From an uncultured Chloroflexia bacterium (GTDB taxonomy: Bacteria; Chloroflexota; Limnocylindria; Limnocylindrales; CSP1-4): a stretch of 64,000 nt of DNA. Shown here one piece after another: positions 1-9,417 of this stretch. Location: contig CAVQJC010000006.1 in assembly GCA_963712745.1 (NCBI GenBank), forward strand, positions 224,001 through 288,000, written 5' to 3'. The notes under the pieces were generated by a model that was given only the letters and a program-made list of their open reading frames with translations, was not told the origin of the DNA and made no database searches. A program made the position numbers and the translations under genes. Within the stretch, counting starts at the first letter, position 1; each line of letters starts with the position of its first letter.

Positions 1-1183
1 CAGCGTCTGGGGCGAGGAGACCATCACTAACGACGGCGGGTCCTGGGTCGGTGAGTTCATCGGTCTCATCAGATCGGGACCCACCTGGGAGAACAACATC
101 ACGGCGTGGCTGAACGGCAGCGGGGACTACGAGGGCTGGAGCTACGTGGTGAACTACTCGGGCCCCATGTCGGCAAGCTCAGCCGAAGGTCTGATCTCTC
201 GTGTGCCGCTCCCGCCGACGGTGGCCCTGGGCATGACCGAGGCTTCGGCCGTGATCCCTCCGGCCCAGGCGGCCGAGGAGCCTGAGGTCGGCGAGCCCGT
301 GACCGACGTGTCACAGGTACCACCGGACGAGACCATCGGGGAGCCCGCCGATGACGGTGCCGCCATCGTTGCCGTGGAGCAGCAGGACGAGCGGACGGTC
401 GACCTGACCATCGACTCCCCGGCCGTGGGCACCCGGAAAGCGCGACTGCTCCTGCCGGCCGGGTTCGACTCCGAGGCGGGTGCGACCTGGCCTGTCCTCT
501 ATCTCCTCCACGGGGCGATGGGGAACCATTCAGACTGGACGACCCTGACGGACGCGGCCGACCTCGTCGCCGACCTCGGCCTGCTCGTGGTCCTGCCCGA
601 TGGCGGCGCCGACAGCTGGTACTCCGACTGGTGGAACGGTGGTGAGGGTGGACCGCCGATGTGGGAGACGTTCCACCTGACCGAGCTGCGTCAGCTGCTG
701 GAGCGGAACTGGCAGGCCGGCGAGGATCGCGCGGTGGCCGGTGTCTCGATGGGTGGCCTCGGTGCCATGTCGTACGCGGCACGGAACCCCGAACTGTTCA
801 AGGCTGCGGCCTCGTTCAGCGGCCACCTGAAGCCGCTCGGTTCCGAGTTCCACCCGGACGGGCGGATCTGGGGCGACAAGGTTGCCCAGGCCGACATCTG
901 GGAGGCCCATGACCCGATCAGCCTGGCGCCGGCGCTCGAGGGCATGGCGCTGTACGTGTCGTATGGAAACGGCGAGGTCGGCCCCTTCGACGACGCCGAT
1001 GCGCTGCCCGACCAGCTCGAGGCATGGCTCGCCGAGATGAACGAGGCTTTCGTCACCCGGCTGGATGAGCTCGGCATCCCCGTCACCGTCGACGCCTACG
1101 GCCCTGGCAGACACGACTGGCCATACTTCGAGCAAGGGCTGCACGGGGCCATGCCGCTACTGCTCAAGGCTCTCGACGGCTGA
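1..1183 (+). CDS. 5'-truncated protein with C-terminal antigen-85-like esterase (alpha/beta hydrolase) domain
   Basis: Frame is open from base 2 (SVWGEETITNDGGSWVG...) into ORF 146..1183; PVLYLLHG, GVSMGG nucleophile elbow and C-terminal GRHDWPYF His motif. Confidence 0.8.
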   Translation, partial: SVWGEETITNDGGSWVGEFIGLIRSGPTWENNITAWLNGSGDYEGWSYVVNYSGPMSASSAEGLISRVPLPPTVALGMTEASAVIPPAQAAEEPEVGEPVTDVSQVPPDETIGEPADDGAAIVAVEQQDERTVDLTIDSPAVGTRKARLLLPAGFDSEAGATWPVLYLLHGAMGNHSDWTTLTDAADLVADLGLLVVLPDGGADSWYSDWWNGGEGGPPMWETFHLTELRQLLERNWQAGEDRAVAGVSMGGLGAMSYAARNPELFKAAASFSGHLKPLGSEFHPDGRIWGDKVAQADIWEAHDPISLAPALEGMALYVSYGNGEVGPFDDADALPDQLEAWLAEMNEAFVTRLDELGIPVTVDAYGPGRHDWPYFEQGLHGAMPLLLKALDG

Positions 1184-2631
1184 CGACGCTATCTCGGACC
1201 CGACCGGCCGAGCCGGGGCATCGCGCCCTCCAAGGAGTAGCGCACGAGGGGAGGGAGTGGCGCCCCCAAGGGGCCTTGAGGGCGCGGGAACAACGCGGCC
1301 GGTGCGACCCGCTGGCGTGGTATGCCGAACGTGCGTGATCTGCCTCTGCGTCGGGCCAGCCGGGCCGACGTCGAGCAGGGTCGCTAGCGCCCCGGACGAA
1401 GCCCCGGCGATGACGCCTGCGACCTTCAGGCCCTCGAACACGATGGTCACGCCGAACGCCGCGAGAAGCACGCCCTCCACGAGGACACTGGACTGGTCTG
1501 CGAGCGGCCTGAGGACACTCGGCTCCATGGCGAGGGGTGAAGGTCCTCAGGGACCCGCGCAGGATGCCCGACCCGGCCGCATTCAGACCAGCACGACCAG
1601 CGGTCGCAGGTCGCGCACGCTCAGAGGGTGCTATCCCTCCTCGGCTCCTGCTACGGGCAGCAGGTTGATGAGGATGGTCGACGGGATTGCCATTCGTGAT
1701 GACCGGGATCGAGCATCCGTAGAGCCGAGGAGGGCGCCCGTCGCCACATCCTCCAGACGGGCCTCGATGACATAGCTGCCGGCCTCGTCGACTTCAGCGA
1801 TTTCATACTCGATCGAGAAGACTCGGGCTGGCCGCAACCGAAACCGACCGTCGACGATGAACTCGCCCACCAGCGCAGCGGCAGGTTCGGTCGCGAACTG
1901 TCTGACAGGGTCACCACCAAGCGCGCGTCGGTTCCGAGGTCCGCGAGATCGGAATCAGCGATCGGAGTCCTGATCCACCCACGTAACCGGTGGTGCCATC
2001 GTCGGTGGCCTTCACCAGCTCGATCTCGATGTCTTCCACGGGGTTGCCGTTCGTGATGACGGGAATGTCAGTCTCGCCGGATCCGGGTCAGTGCCCAACG
2101 CAACGAGGCGCTTGACCTCCGACTCCTCCATCCGTGTCCTCAGCACATACGCTACCGACCGTCGTCGATCGTCTGGATGCTGAAGTCGTACTCGATGCTG
2201 CACTCGTAGGTCCACGACCGCGCTGCGGCATTCTCGAAAACGGCCTCACCCAGCGGAGGGGTTCCAGCCTCCGAAGCCTGGGCGTCCTCGAGCGCTACGC
2301 ACGATCCGCACTGACCTCTGTGGCTGGGCGATGGCTCCAGTATTCACCACGCCACTCACGCTCGGCGGCAGCCGAGGCGATTTCTGCTCCTGCGGCCGCG
2401 CTCGCCCTGCCGCGTCGTCAAGACACCGGCTAGGAGGAAGCTGCCGAACAGCGCCACGATGGCACCGGCGAGAACGAACTTGGTTGCACTGAACATGGTC
2501 TGAAATCTCCGTTTGGGTGCCTGGGCGGCGACCGAGTGGGCCACGGCGAGCGCGTCGACAGGCGGCTCTGGGCCGGCCATACGGCTGAGCTCCTCGGCAA
2601 TGTCGTGTTCGAATGACGTCCTGTCACCCAT
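1157..2631 (-). pseudogene. Frameshifted membrane-anchored anti-sigma-like protein (possibly more than one gene)
   Basis: Starts overlapping the ECF gene stop; N-terminus MGDRTSFEHDIAEELSRMAGPEPPVDA followed by TM helix (FVLAGAIVALFGSFLLAGVL); only short ORF fragments downstream. Confidence 0.45.
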
Positions 2632-3181
2632 CGCTGAGCTCCTGTCGAAGTCGCGAGAGCAGCCGTTCCAGACGGTTGCGGGTGCCCGATGGGGTCAACC
2701 CGATAACCGTCGAGAGTTCGGTCGCGTTGAAGCCGGCGACATAGCGCATCGCGAGTAGCGCCCGTTCGTCCGGATCGAGGCCTTCGAGCGCATTCCGCAG
2801 GTCAGTGAGCCAACGCGCCTGCTCGACTGCACAGCCCGGACGCCGGATTCGCCGAGGCATCCGCTGTCGATCTCTACCTGTGAACGACGGCGCTGCTTGC
2901 GCAGCAGCTGCTGACCTCGTTCACGGCGATCGACACGAGCCAGGGTCTTACCCGTTCGGGTTCGCGGACCTTGCCGAGCTTGTTCAGGCGATGCAGCCGA
3001 GGCCGCTTGCACGGCCTCTTCGGCGATGGCCCGGTCGCGACGCGACGCAGACGCGCGATGCATCGTCACCGTTGTAGGCAGCGACGATGCGAGCGAACGC
3101 GACTTCCGATGTGCACCCTTCGCCGCTGATGCGACGACTCCGGAGAGTTCCCGGTCTGCAGTCCTGCGTCATGGCCTCCAT
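2624..3181 (-). pseudogene. ECF sigma-70 factor, frameshifted
   Basis: Fragments in different frames: EVAFARIVAAY, AIAEEAVQA (region 2) and DLRNALEGLDPDERALLAMRYVAGFNATELSTVIGLTPSGTRNRLERLLSRLRQEL (region 4). Confidence 0.8.
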
Positions 3182-3537
3182 GCCTGTAGATGCACCGAGA
3201 GTGTCCCGTGCCTGGGTAGGAGAGACAGAGTAGTGCGTTGTCCGTGCTTGCTCGGGCTGGCGCCCTGAGTCGATCGGGAGTCGGGCGTCAGGTGCAGTCC
3301 GACTCGAGACCGTCGGCGCGGGGCGTCCTAAGCATCCGGGTCACGGAGTGCGTGTCCGCCACGCAGGAAGGCGCGCCCTTGAGGGCATGACGAACGTCCA
3401 GCGCAGGCTGTTCGAGGATGGCCGCCACAGGGGCCATGACCCGTAAGTCAATCGTCATCGAGAAAGTCGCCGTGGACGACCGGAGTGTCGACTCAATCAC
3501 GTGGACGCCGCAAGCGGCGCCCCTCTTCGAAAGACAG

Positions 3538-3555
3538 TGGTGGCGCCCCCAAGGG
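3538..3555 (-). repeat. Duplicated tRNA-Glu 3' end (CCCTTGGGGGCGCCACCA)
   Basis: Near-identical to 4767-4780; TGGGGGC pairs with the tRNA 5' GCCCCCA; abuts the IS left end TGT at 3556. Confidence 0.75.
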
Positions 3556-4766
3556 TGTCTGAGTTCAGGACATAGGTGACACCTGATAGGTCACAGGTGA
3601 GTCGGGACATAGGTGACAGTCCGGTGCATGTCGAAGCATCGGGTGGCCGTCCTGAAGGTCCTCACGCATCAGTCGTCCGTCACCGCTGCCGCAGCCGAGG
3701 TGGGATCGGGGCCCTGCGCGAGCGCCGCTGCCGCGAGGGCGGACTCGAGGCGCTCGAGCCGCGGTCGCGGCGGCCACGACCAGCGGCCGCATACGCCGAG
3801 GCGGTCCGCGAGCGCATCGTCGCGTTGCGCACCGAGCTCACCGCGCAGGGCCTCGTGCCCGCCCCGACGATCGTCGGCACCTCGAGCGCGAAGGGCTCTG
3901 TTCGGACTCGACGATCCGGCGAGGTCCTCCATGCCGCGGGCCTCGTCGTGCCCGAGCCGCGCAAGCGCCGCGCAGCTCGCGGACCGCTCGAGGCGACTGA
4001 TCCCAACGCTGTGGCAGTCGGACGTGCCCACTGGCGAGCTGCGAGGACAGCGACGCTCGTCGACCCACTGCCGGCTCGCTCGACTGCGGCCGCACTCGAC
4101 GGTGACGACGTGGTGGCCTCGTTCTGCGGGCGAGCCCACTGGCTCCGCGGCACGCTCACGACGCGCGGTCTACACCTCGCGCTTCACGGGTGGGCGCAAC
4201 GCTTGAGTACCTGCTCGCCTACCTCGGTAGTCAAGCAGAAGAACGGGGCGCCTGGCCATCCCCAGACGCAGGGCAAGATCGAGCGCTTCCACCAGACCTT
4301 GAAGCGCTGGCTCGCACAGCGACCCGCGGCACGGACCATCCCTGGCTGCAGGCCCAGCTCGAGACCGCTCGGCGCCGAGCCTACGGCGCGACCGCACCGG
4401 GCTCTCGGGCGCCGGCACCCCGGCCGAGGCCTACCGGGCGAGCCCGAAGGCCCACCCCGCCGGGCGCGGCGCCCCAGGGCATCTGCGCCTGCGCTACGAC
4501 CTGGTCGACAAGGGCGGCCGCATCACGTTGCGCCGGGCCGGTCGCCTGCACCACCTGGGGATCGGGGCCGCCCATGCCCGCAAGCGCGTGCCTGGCCATC
4601 GTCGATGAGCGCGCGGTCACGGACGTGCGACCGTCGGACCGGCGAGGTCCTCTCAACCATCGGATCGCGCCCGTCGGTGACTGGCGCAACCAACGACGAC
4701 CGGCAGCTGGTTCATCGGTTGTCACCGATGTCCCGACTCATCTGTCACCTATGTCGCGACTATGCA
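3556..4766 (+). mobile_element. IS481-family insertion sequence with frameshifted transposase
   Basis: Ends with repeated GACATAGGTGACA / TGTCACCTATGTC boxes in inverted orientation; fragments MSKHRVAVLKV (ATG 3628), LWQSD, PGHPQTQGKIERFHQTLKRWL, RPHRAL. Confidence 0.85.
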
Positions 4767-4767
4767 G

Positions 4768-4834
4768 CGGCGCCCCAGGGATTCGAATCTCCACCTTGAA
4801 AGGGTGGCGTCCTAGGCCTCTAGACGATGGGGGC
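4768..4834 (-). tRNA. tRNA-Glu (TTC), apparently missing bases in the variable loop/T-stem
   Basis: Reverse complement GCCCCCATCGTCTAGAGGCCTAGGACGCCACCC-TTTCAAG-GTGGAGATTCGAATCCCTGGGGCG; anticodon stem CCACC/GGTGG around TTC, TTCGAAT T-loop. Confidence 0.8.
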
Positions 4835-4887
4835 CAGCGACCGAGGGAGTGTACCCGAGGCGGCGACTCCACCCCGGGCGGCGTCAA

Positions 4888-5184
4888 TCAGACGCGGATG
4901 AAGGTGAACACCGAGGCCGCCGCGAGACAACCTGCCGCGGCCATCGCGAAGATCCCGCCCATGGCCGCGCCCAGCAACGAGCCGCCGGTCCGGCCCCAGC
5001 GTGCGTCCTTCAACGCCCGCGTCAGGAACCAGGCGGAGATGAAAGCCAGCGTCAGGCCGAGAACGGCAAGACCGGCGACGGTGAAGGCGATGTTCTGGCC
5101 GGAGCGGTCGAGGATGAGGCCGTAGAGGACGACGAGTCCCGAGGCGACGAGGACGACCACGACCGCGATGCGTACGAGCGCCAC
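4888..5184 (-). CDS. Small membrane protein, 3 TM helices
   Basis: Hydrophobic ORF downstream of the GH13 gene; GTG start chosen. Confidence 0.7.
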   Translation of the reverse strand: MALVRIAVVVVLVASGLVVLYGLILDRSGQNIAFTVAGLAVLGLTLAFISAWFLTRALKDARWGRTGGSLLGAAMGGIFAMAAAGCLAAASVFTFIRV

Positions 5185-5237
5185 GGACCGAGTATAGGTA
5201 CGCCCGCCGATGTGGGCCGACGAGCAGCCGTCCGCCC

Positions 5238-6782
5238 TCAACCGAGCCGGACGACCACGCCGTCACGCCCGGGCAGGCTCACCCGCAGGTTCCCTGCGAC
5301 CACGCGGGCCGACCGTTCGCCTGGAGCACCTCCGCTCAGCTCCACGAGCCGGGCAGTACCAGCGTCGAAGGGCAGCGTCACATCCCAGTCGAGGGCGTGG
5401 GTCTCGGCGTTGGCCACGACCACGAAGGCGTCCTGGCCATGACGCCGCAGATAGGCGACAGCGGCGCCCGCGGTCCCGAGCAGCGACAGCTCCCCGTCGC
5501 GCAGAGCCGGGCTCGAATGGCGCAAGGCGATGAGGTCGGCCAACCACCCGTTCGGCGCTCGCTGCCACTGGCCCGGATCCTCGGGGAAGGCGCGCCGGCA
5601 CTGCGGGTCCATGGAGCCTTGCATGCCGATCTCGTCGCCGTAGTAGACGCAGGGGGCGCCTGGCAGGGTCATCTGCAGGAGCATGGCCAGCCGCATCGAA
5701 TCGAGGTCACCGCCGCAGAGCGTCAAGGCCCGCGGCGTGTCATGGGAGCCCAGCAGGTTGAGCTGGACGGCGGTCACGGCCGGGTCATTGAGCCGCCGCA
5801 GCTCGTCGATCCGCCCCCACAGACCCTCACCGTCGAGAGGCACCACCGCATGCAGTCCCTGGTAGCCCACCGGGATGGGCTGGGACGTGTCCCATCGCTC
5901 CTGCGCGGCGAACCCGAGCATGGCCCGCGTCAGCGGGTAGTTCATGAAGGCGTCGAACATGCCGCCGGCAAGCCAGTCGGGCTTGTGCACCCAGACCTCC
6001 GCCACGAGGTAGGCCTCGGGGTTCACCGCGCGCACCCGCTGGTGGAACGCACGCCAGAAGTCGGCCCCCACCTCCTCGGCCACGTCCAGGCGCCAACCGT
6101 CGATACCGAAGCGGATCCAGTGCTCGGCGACGTCGAGGATGAACGCGCGGGCGTGCGGCTCGTCCAGGTCGATCTTGGGCAGCTTGGGCAGATCCCACCA
6201 GGCTTCGTAACCGAGGATCTCCCTCGACACCGATCCCATCGGTGCCCCCGCCGCGTGCCGTGCTTCGATCTGGGCGGTCTGTGCGGCCGAGGGGAACGGA
6301 CTCAGCTCCTGGGTCCCCGCGAGCACGCCCTCCGAGAGATGGAACCAGTCGCGATACGGAGAATGGCGCCCGTTCTCGAGCACATGATGGAAGGGCCACC
6401 AGCCACGGCCGGAGTGGTTGAAGACGCCATCCAACACGACCCGCATGTCGCGCCCGTGGGCTTCGTCGAGCAGCACACGCAGCGCCTCGTTGCCGCCGAG
6501 CAGCGGGTCGACCGTGTAGTAGTCGTCGGTGTGATAGCGGTGGTTGGAGGCGGAGGCGAAGACCGGGTTCAGGTACAGCGCCGTGATGCCCAGACCCCGG
6601 AGTCGGTCAAGGTGGGATACGAGGCCGTAAAGGTCGCCGCCCTTGAACCCGTCGGTGGTGGGCTCGGCAGCCCAGGCTTCCAGCTCCCCCGGGGCCTCGA
6701 CACGGCCGCTCCGGGCCAGCCGGTCCGGAAGGACCTGGTAGAAGACGGCGTCTCTGACCCAGGCCGGCGTCTCGATCCTCAT
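5238..6782 (-). CDS. GH13 neopullulanase/cyclomaltodextrinase-like glycoside hydrolase
   Basis: DAVFYQ, GGDLYG, SNHRYHT, VLDGVFNH, GIDGWRLDVA, YLVAEVW, NLLGSHD, YYGDEIG. Confidence 0.95.
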   Translation of the reverse strand: MRIETPAWVRDAVFYQVLPDRLARSGRVEAPGELEAWAAEPTTDGFKGGDLYGLVSHLDRLRGLGITALYLNPVFASASNHRYHTDDYYTVDPLLGGNEALRVLLDEAHGRDMRVVLDGVFNHSGRGWWPFHHVLENGRHSPYRDWFHLSEGVLAGTQELSPFPSAAQTAQIEARHAAGAPMGSVSREILGYEAWWDLPKLPKIDLDEPHARAFILDVAEHWIRFGIDGWRLDVAEEVGADFWRAFHQRVRAVNPEAYLVAEVWVHKPDWLAGGMFDAFMNYPLTRAMLGFAAQERWDTSQPIPVGYQGLHAVVPLDGEGLWGRIDELRRLNDPAVTAVQLNLLGSHDTPRALTLCGGDLDSMRLAMLLQMTLPGAPCVYYGDEIGMQGSMDPQCRRAFPEDPGQWQRAPNGWLADLIALRHSSPALRDGELSLLGTAGAAVAYLRRHGQDAFVVVANAETHALDWDVTLPFDAGTARLVELSGGAPGERSARVVAGNLRVSLPGRDGVVVRLG

Positions 6783-6841
6783 GGCCGCAGGGTATCGCCT
6801 CCGACTCCGAGCCGGCGCGCCGGCGTGGGACAATCGAGCCC

Positions 6842-7216
6842 ATGTGGGAGACGGTCAAAGCGATGCCGCCGGGCGTGCTCTTCTTCATGGGCTATGCCTT
6901 CGTCGTGCTCTCGGTCCTGGGGTTGTTCATGTCCCGTGTCATCGACGAGGCCGTGCAGGCGCCGATCTCGTTCATCGGGATCGTGTGGATGGCGTTGCTG
7001 GCATACCTCATCTTCACCATGACGCTGGTGCTGCAGAAGAAGCAGGCTGCCTACGGGCTCTCGCTGGGCCTGACCTCGCTCTTGCTGCCGCTGGCCGCCG
7101 TGCTGCTCTTCGCGCCGGCCGGCTGGATCATCTCGATCGCGGCCATCGTGCTCTTCGCGGTCGTGGTCCTGTCGCTGCGGCGGCCGCGCAGTCGCGCCTG
7201 GTTCTCGGAGCCGTAG
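6842..7216 (+). CDS. Membrane protein, 4 TM helices
   Basis: 124-aa hydrophobic ORF. Confidence 0.75.
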   Translation: MWETVKAMPPGVLFFMGYAFVVLSVLGLFMSRVIDEAVQAPISFIGIVWMALLAYLIFTMTLVLQKKQAAYGLSLGLTSLLLPLAAVLLFAPAGWIISIAAIVLFAVVVLSLRRPRSRAWFSEP

Positions 7217-7218
7217 GC

Positions 7219-7878
7219 GTGAGCGCGATGGGTGGTCGCCGACGCTGGGTCATCCTCGACGTGGGCGAGACCATCATCGACGAGTCGCGCTTCTGGCGAG
7301 CCTGGGCTGACGAGCTGGGCATCGCGGAGATGACGTTCATGTCCGTGTTCGGGGCCATCGTCGCCCGTGGTCAGGGCTATCAGGACATCGCGAGCTACTT
7401 CGACATCGCCGACTGGCGGCTCCACCGCGAGGCGGTCGACGCACGCATCGGTGGCTTCACGGCGGAAGATCTCTATCCCGACGTCGTGCCGGCCATGCGC
7501 GCTCTTGGTGAGCGAGGCTATCGAGTCGCGGTCATGGGCAACCAGCCGGCCGAACGACACGCTCAGCTGCAGGCGATCGGCGTGCGGCCTGAGGTGATGG
7601 CCATGAGCGAGTCGATGGGTCCCATGAAACCCGATCGGGCATTCTTCGCAGCCGCCCTCGCTCTGCTCGGCAACCCCGATCCCGGCTCCGTCGCGTACGT
7701 GGGCGACCGCATCGACAACGACGTGGTCCCCTCCTCGGTCGCGGGTATGCGCGCCATCTGGCTGCGTCGCGGTCCCTGGGGCATCGTTCCGATCGGCGAA
7801 CCACCCGAGGCCGACCTGGTGGTCGACTCGCTCACCGAGCTGGCAGCCCGCATCGATGAGGCCTGGAGCGATAGCTAG
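7219..7878 (+). CDS. HAD-family hydrolase
   Basis: LDVGETIID motif I, KP motif III, YVGDRIDND motif IV. Confidence 0.9.
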   Translation: MSAMGGRRRWVILDVGETIIDESRFWRAWADELGIAEMTFMSVFGAIVARGQGYQDIASYFDIADWRLHREAVDARIGGFTAEDLYPDVVPAMRALGERGYRVAVMGNQPAERHAQLQAIGVRPEVMAMSESMGPMKPDRAFFAAALALLGNPDPGSVAYVGDRIDNDVVPSSVAGMRAIWLRRGPWGIVPIGEPPEADLVVDSLTELAARIDEAWSDS

Positions 7879-8846
7879 GCGTCGGCCGGCACCGGCAGCT
7901 CGGCCAGTCGAGCCACCGTGTCCCACAGCCAGCGACGCTCGGCCGCATCGAGGCGGGTCATCGGCGCTCGGTCGAAGGGTCTGGGCCGTCGGTCGAGGTA
8001 GAGCCGGCCGTCGGGGCCGGGCACGGACGCGGCGGCCAGCCAGGTGATGGTGTCTACGGCCTGTGCGGGCGTGCGCAGCAGCGGCCGCATCAGCCGATAG
8101 AAGCCGGGCAGCTGCTCGGCCAGGCCGGGCGTGTCAGCCCAGCCGGGATGCATGGCATCGAAGCGCACGTTGCCGCGGTAGCGCCGCGCCCACTCACGGA
8201 TGAGCGCCGTCGCGGCCCGCTTGGCTCGGGCATAGGCGATGGTGCCGTTGAACCCGCCACGTTCGAACTGCAGGTCGTCGAGCGGCAGCGCCTGAAAGTA
8301 CATGCCACCGGAGACCACCGTGATGACGCGGCCGTCGCCGGAGGCCTCGAGCATCGGCAAGAGCCCATCGATGAGGGCGAACGGACCCACGACCATGGTG
8401 GCGAAGGTAGCCTCCAGGCCCTCGTCGGTCTCGATCCGCTGCTCATGGATGGCACCGGCGCTGTCGACGAGCACGTCCAGCCTTGGCTCTGCCTCCGATA
8501 TGCGCTCCACGACCTGGTGAACACTCTGGAGCGAGGACATGTCTGCCACGAAGAGGGGAAAGCGATCCTCGCCATGACGCTCGACGAGTTCAGCGCGGAC
8601 ACGTGCGAGACGCTCGTCGTTGCGTCCCACGAGGATGACGCGGGCGCCGCGCCCGGCCATGGCCTCCGCAGTCGCCCGACCGAGCCCGGACGTCGGCCCG
8701 GTGATGAGCACGGCCTTCCCGGCCAGCGCATCGGACGCAGGCTCTGCCCAGTCGAACAGCCGTCGGCGCAACTGGTAGCCGGGGCGGCTGAAGCTGCCGA
8801 CGATGCTCAGCTCGAGGAAGCCGTCGACCAGGCTGCTAGCGTCCAC
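7875..8846 (-). CDS. Short-chain dehydrogenase/reductase (DHRS12-like)
   Basis: ITGPTSGLG, VSGGMY, YARAK, MHPGWADTPG. Confidence 0.9.
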   Translation of the reverse strand: MDASSLVDGFLELSIVGSFSRPGYQLRRRLFDWAEPASDALAGKAVLITGPTSGLGRATAEAMAGRGARVILVGRNDERLARVRAELVERHGEDRFPLFVADMSSLQSVHQVVERISEAEPRLDVLVDSAGAIHEQRIETDEGLEATFATMVVGPFALIDGLLPMLEASGDGRVITVVSGGMYFQALPLDDLQFERGGFNGTIAYARAKRAATALIREWARRYRGNVRFDAMHPGWADTPGLAEQLPGFYRLMRPLLRTPAQAVDTITWLAAASVPGPDGRLYLDRRPRPFDRAPMTRLDAAERRWLWDTVARLAELPVPADA

Positions 8847-8848
8847 CG

Positions 8849-9292
8849 TCAGCTCCGCACCTGCGCGTCGAGCTCGCGCTTCATACCCTCGACCGCGCCC
8901 TTGGCGATGCCGTCGAAGCCCCGGCCGAGGAGGGGCTGGATGACGCCCAGCAGGCCGCTAAGCTTGATCTCAGCCTGGTAGTCGACGCGGGTACCCGTGG
9001 CCGTCTCGGCGAAGGTGAGGACGTCCTCCGTCCACACGCCTGAACCCTCGCCGATGAGCACGATCCGCGTCGGCGCCTCGAGCTCGGTAATGCGATACTC
9101 CATGGGCACGGCCTTGCGGACCGTCTTCACCTCGAGCTTGTAGCGACTGCCGACGGCCGGGCCACCCTCGCCGATCTGTTTCGCGGACATGGTGTTGGGA
9201 TCCCATTCCGCGTTCCGGCTCCAGTCCGCCACATAGGCGAACGCCTCTGCGCGCGGGAGCGCCGTTTCCAGGGACTCACTCAGCTTGGTCAT
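8849..9292 (-). CDS. SRPBCC/polyketide cyclase family protein
   Basis: AFAYVADWSRNAEWDP and C-terminal helix typical of SRPBCC. Confidence 0.85.
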   Translation of the reverse strand: MTKLSESLETALPRAEAFAYVADWSRNAEWDPNTMSAKQIGEGGPAVGSRYKLEVKTVRKAVPMEYRITELEAPTRIVLIGEGSGVWTEDVLTFAETATGTRVDYQAEIKLSGLLGVIQPLLGRGFDGIAKGAVEGMKRELDAQVRS

Positions 9293-9322
9293 GGGTCTTC
9301 TCCGTCTGGGGGTTGCGTAGGC

Positions 9323-9350
9323 TGTACAAACATTGTACCATCTTTGTACA
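9323..9350. promoter_or_regulatory. CarH/LitR-type operator (3 repeats, 11-bp period)
   Basis: TGTACA 9323, TGTACC 9334, TGTACA 9345 in a divergent intergenic region. Confidence 0.75.
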
Positions 9351-9417
9351 CCACGTAATCAGAGCGTGATTCGTCGTTGCAGAGGCGGCAATCACGAACC
9401 AAGGGGGAAGAGGAACC

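Noticed and set aside
3288-3500. 70-aa ORF between the ECF gene and the IS
   Set aside because: No recognisable motif and lies in the indel-rich zone; cannot be supported.
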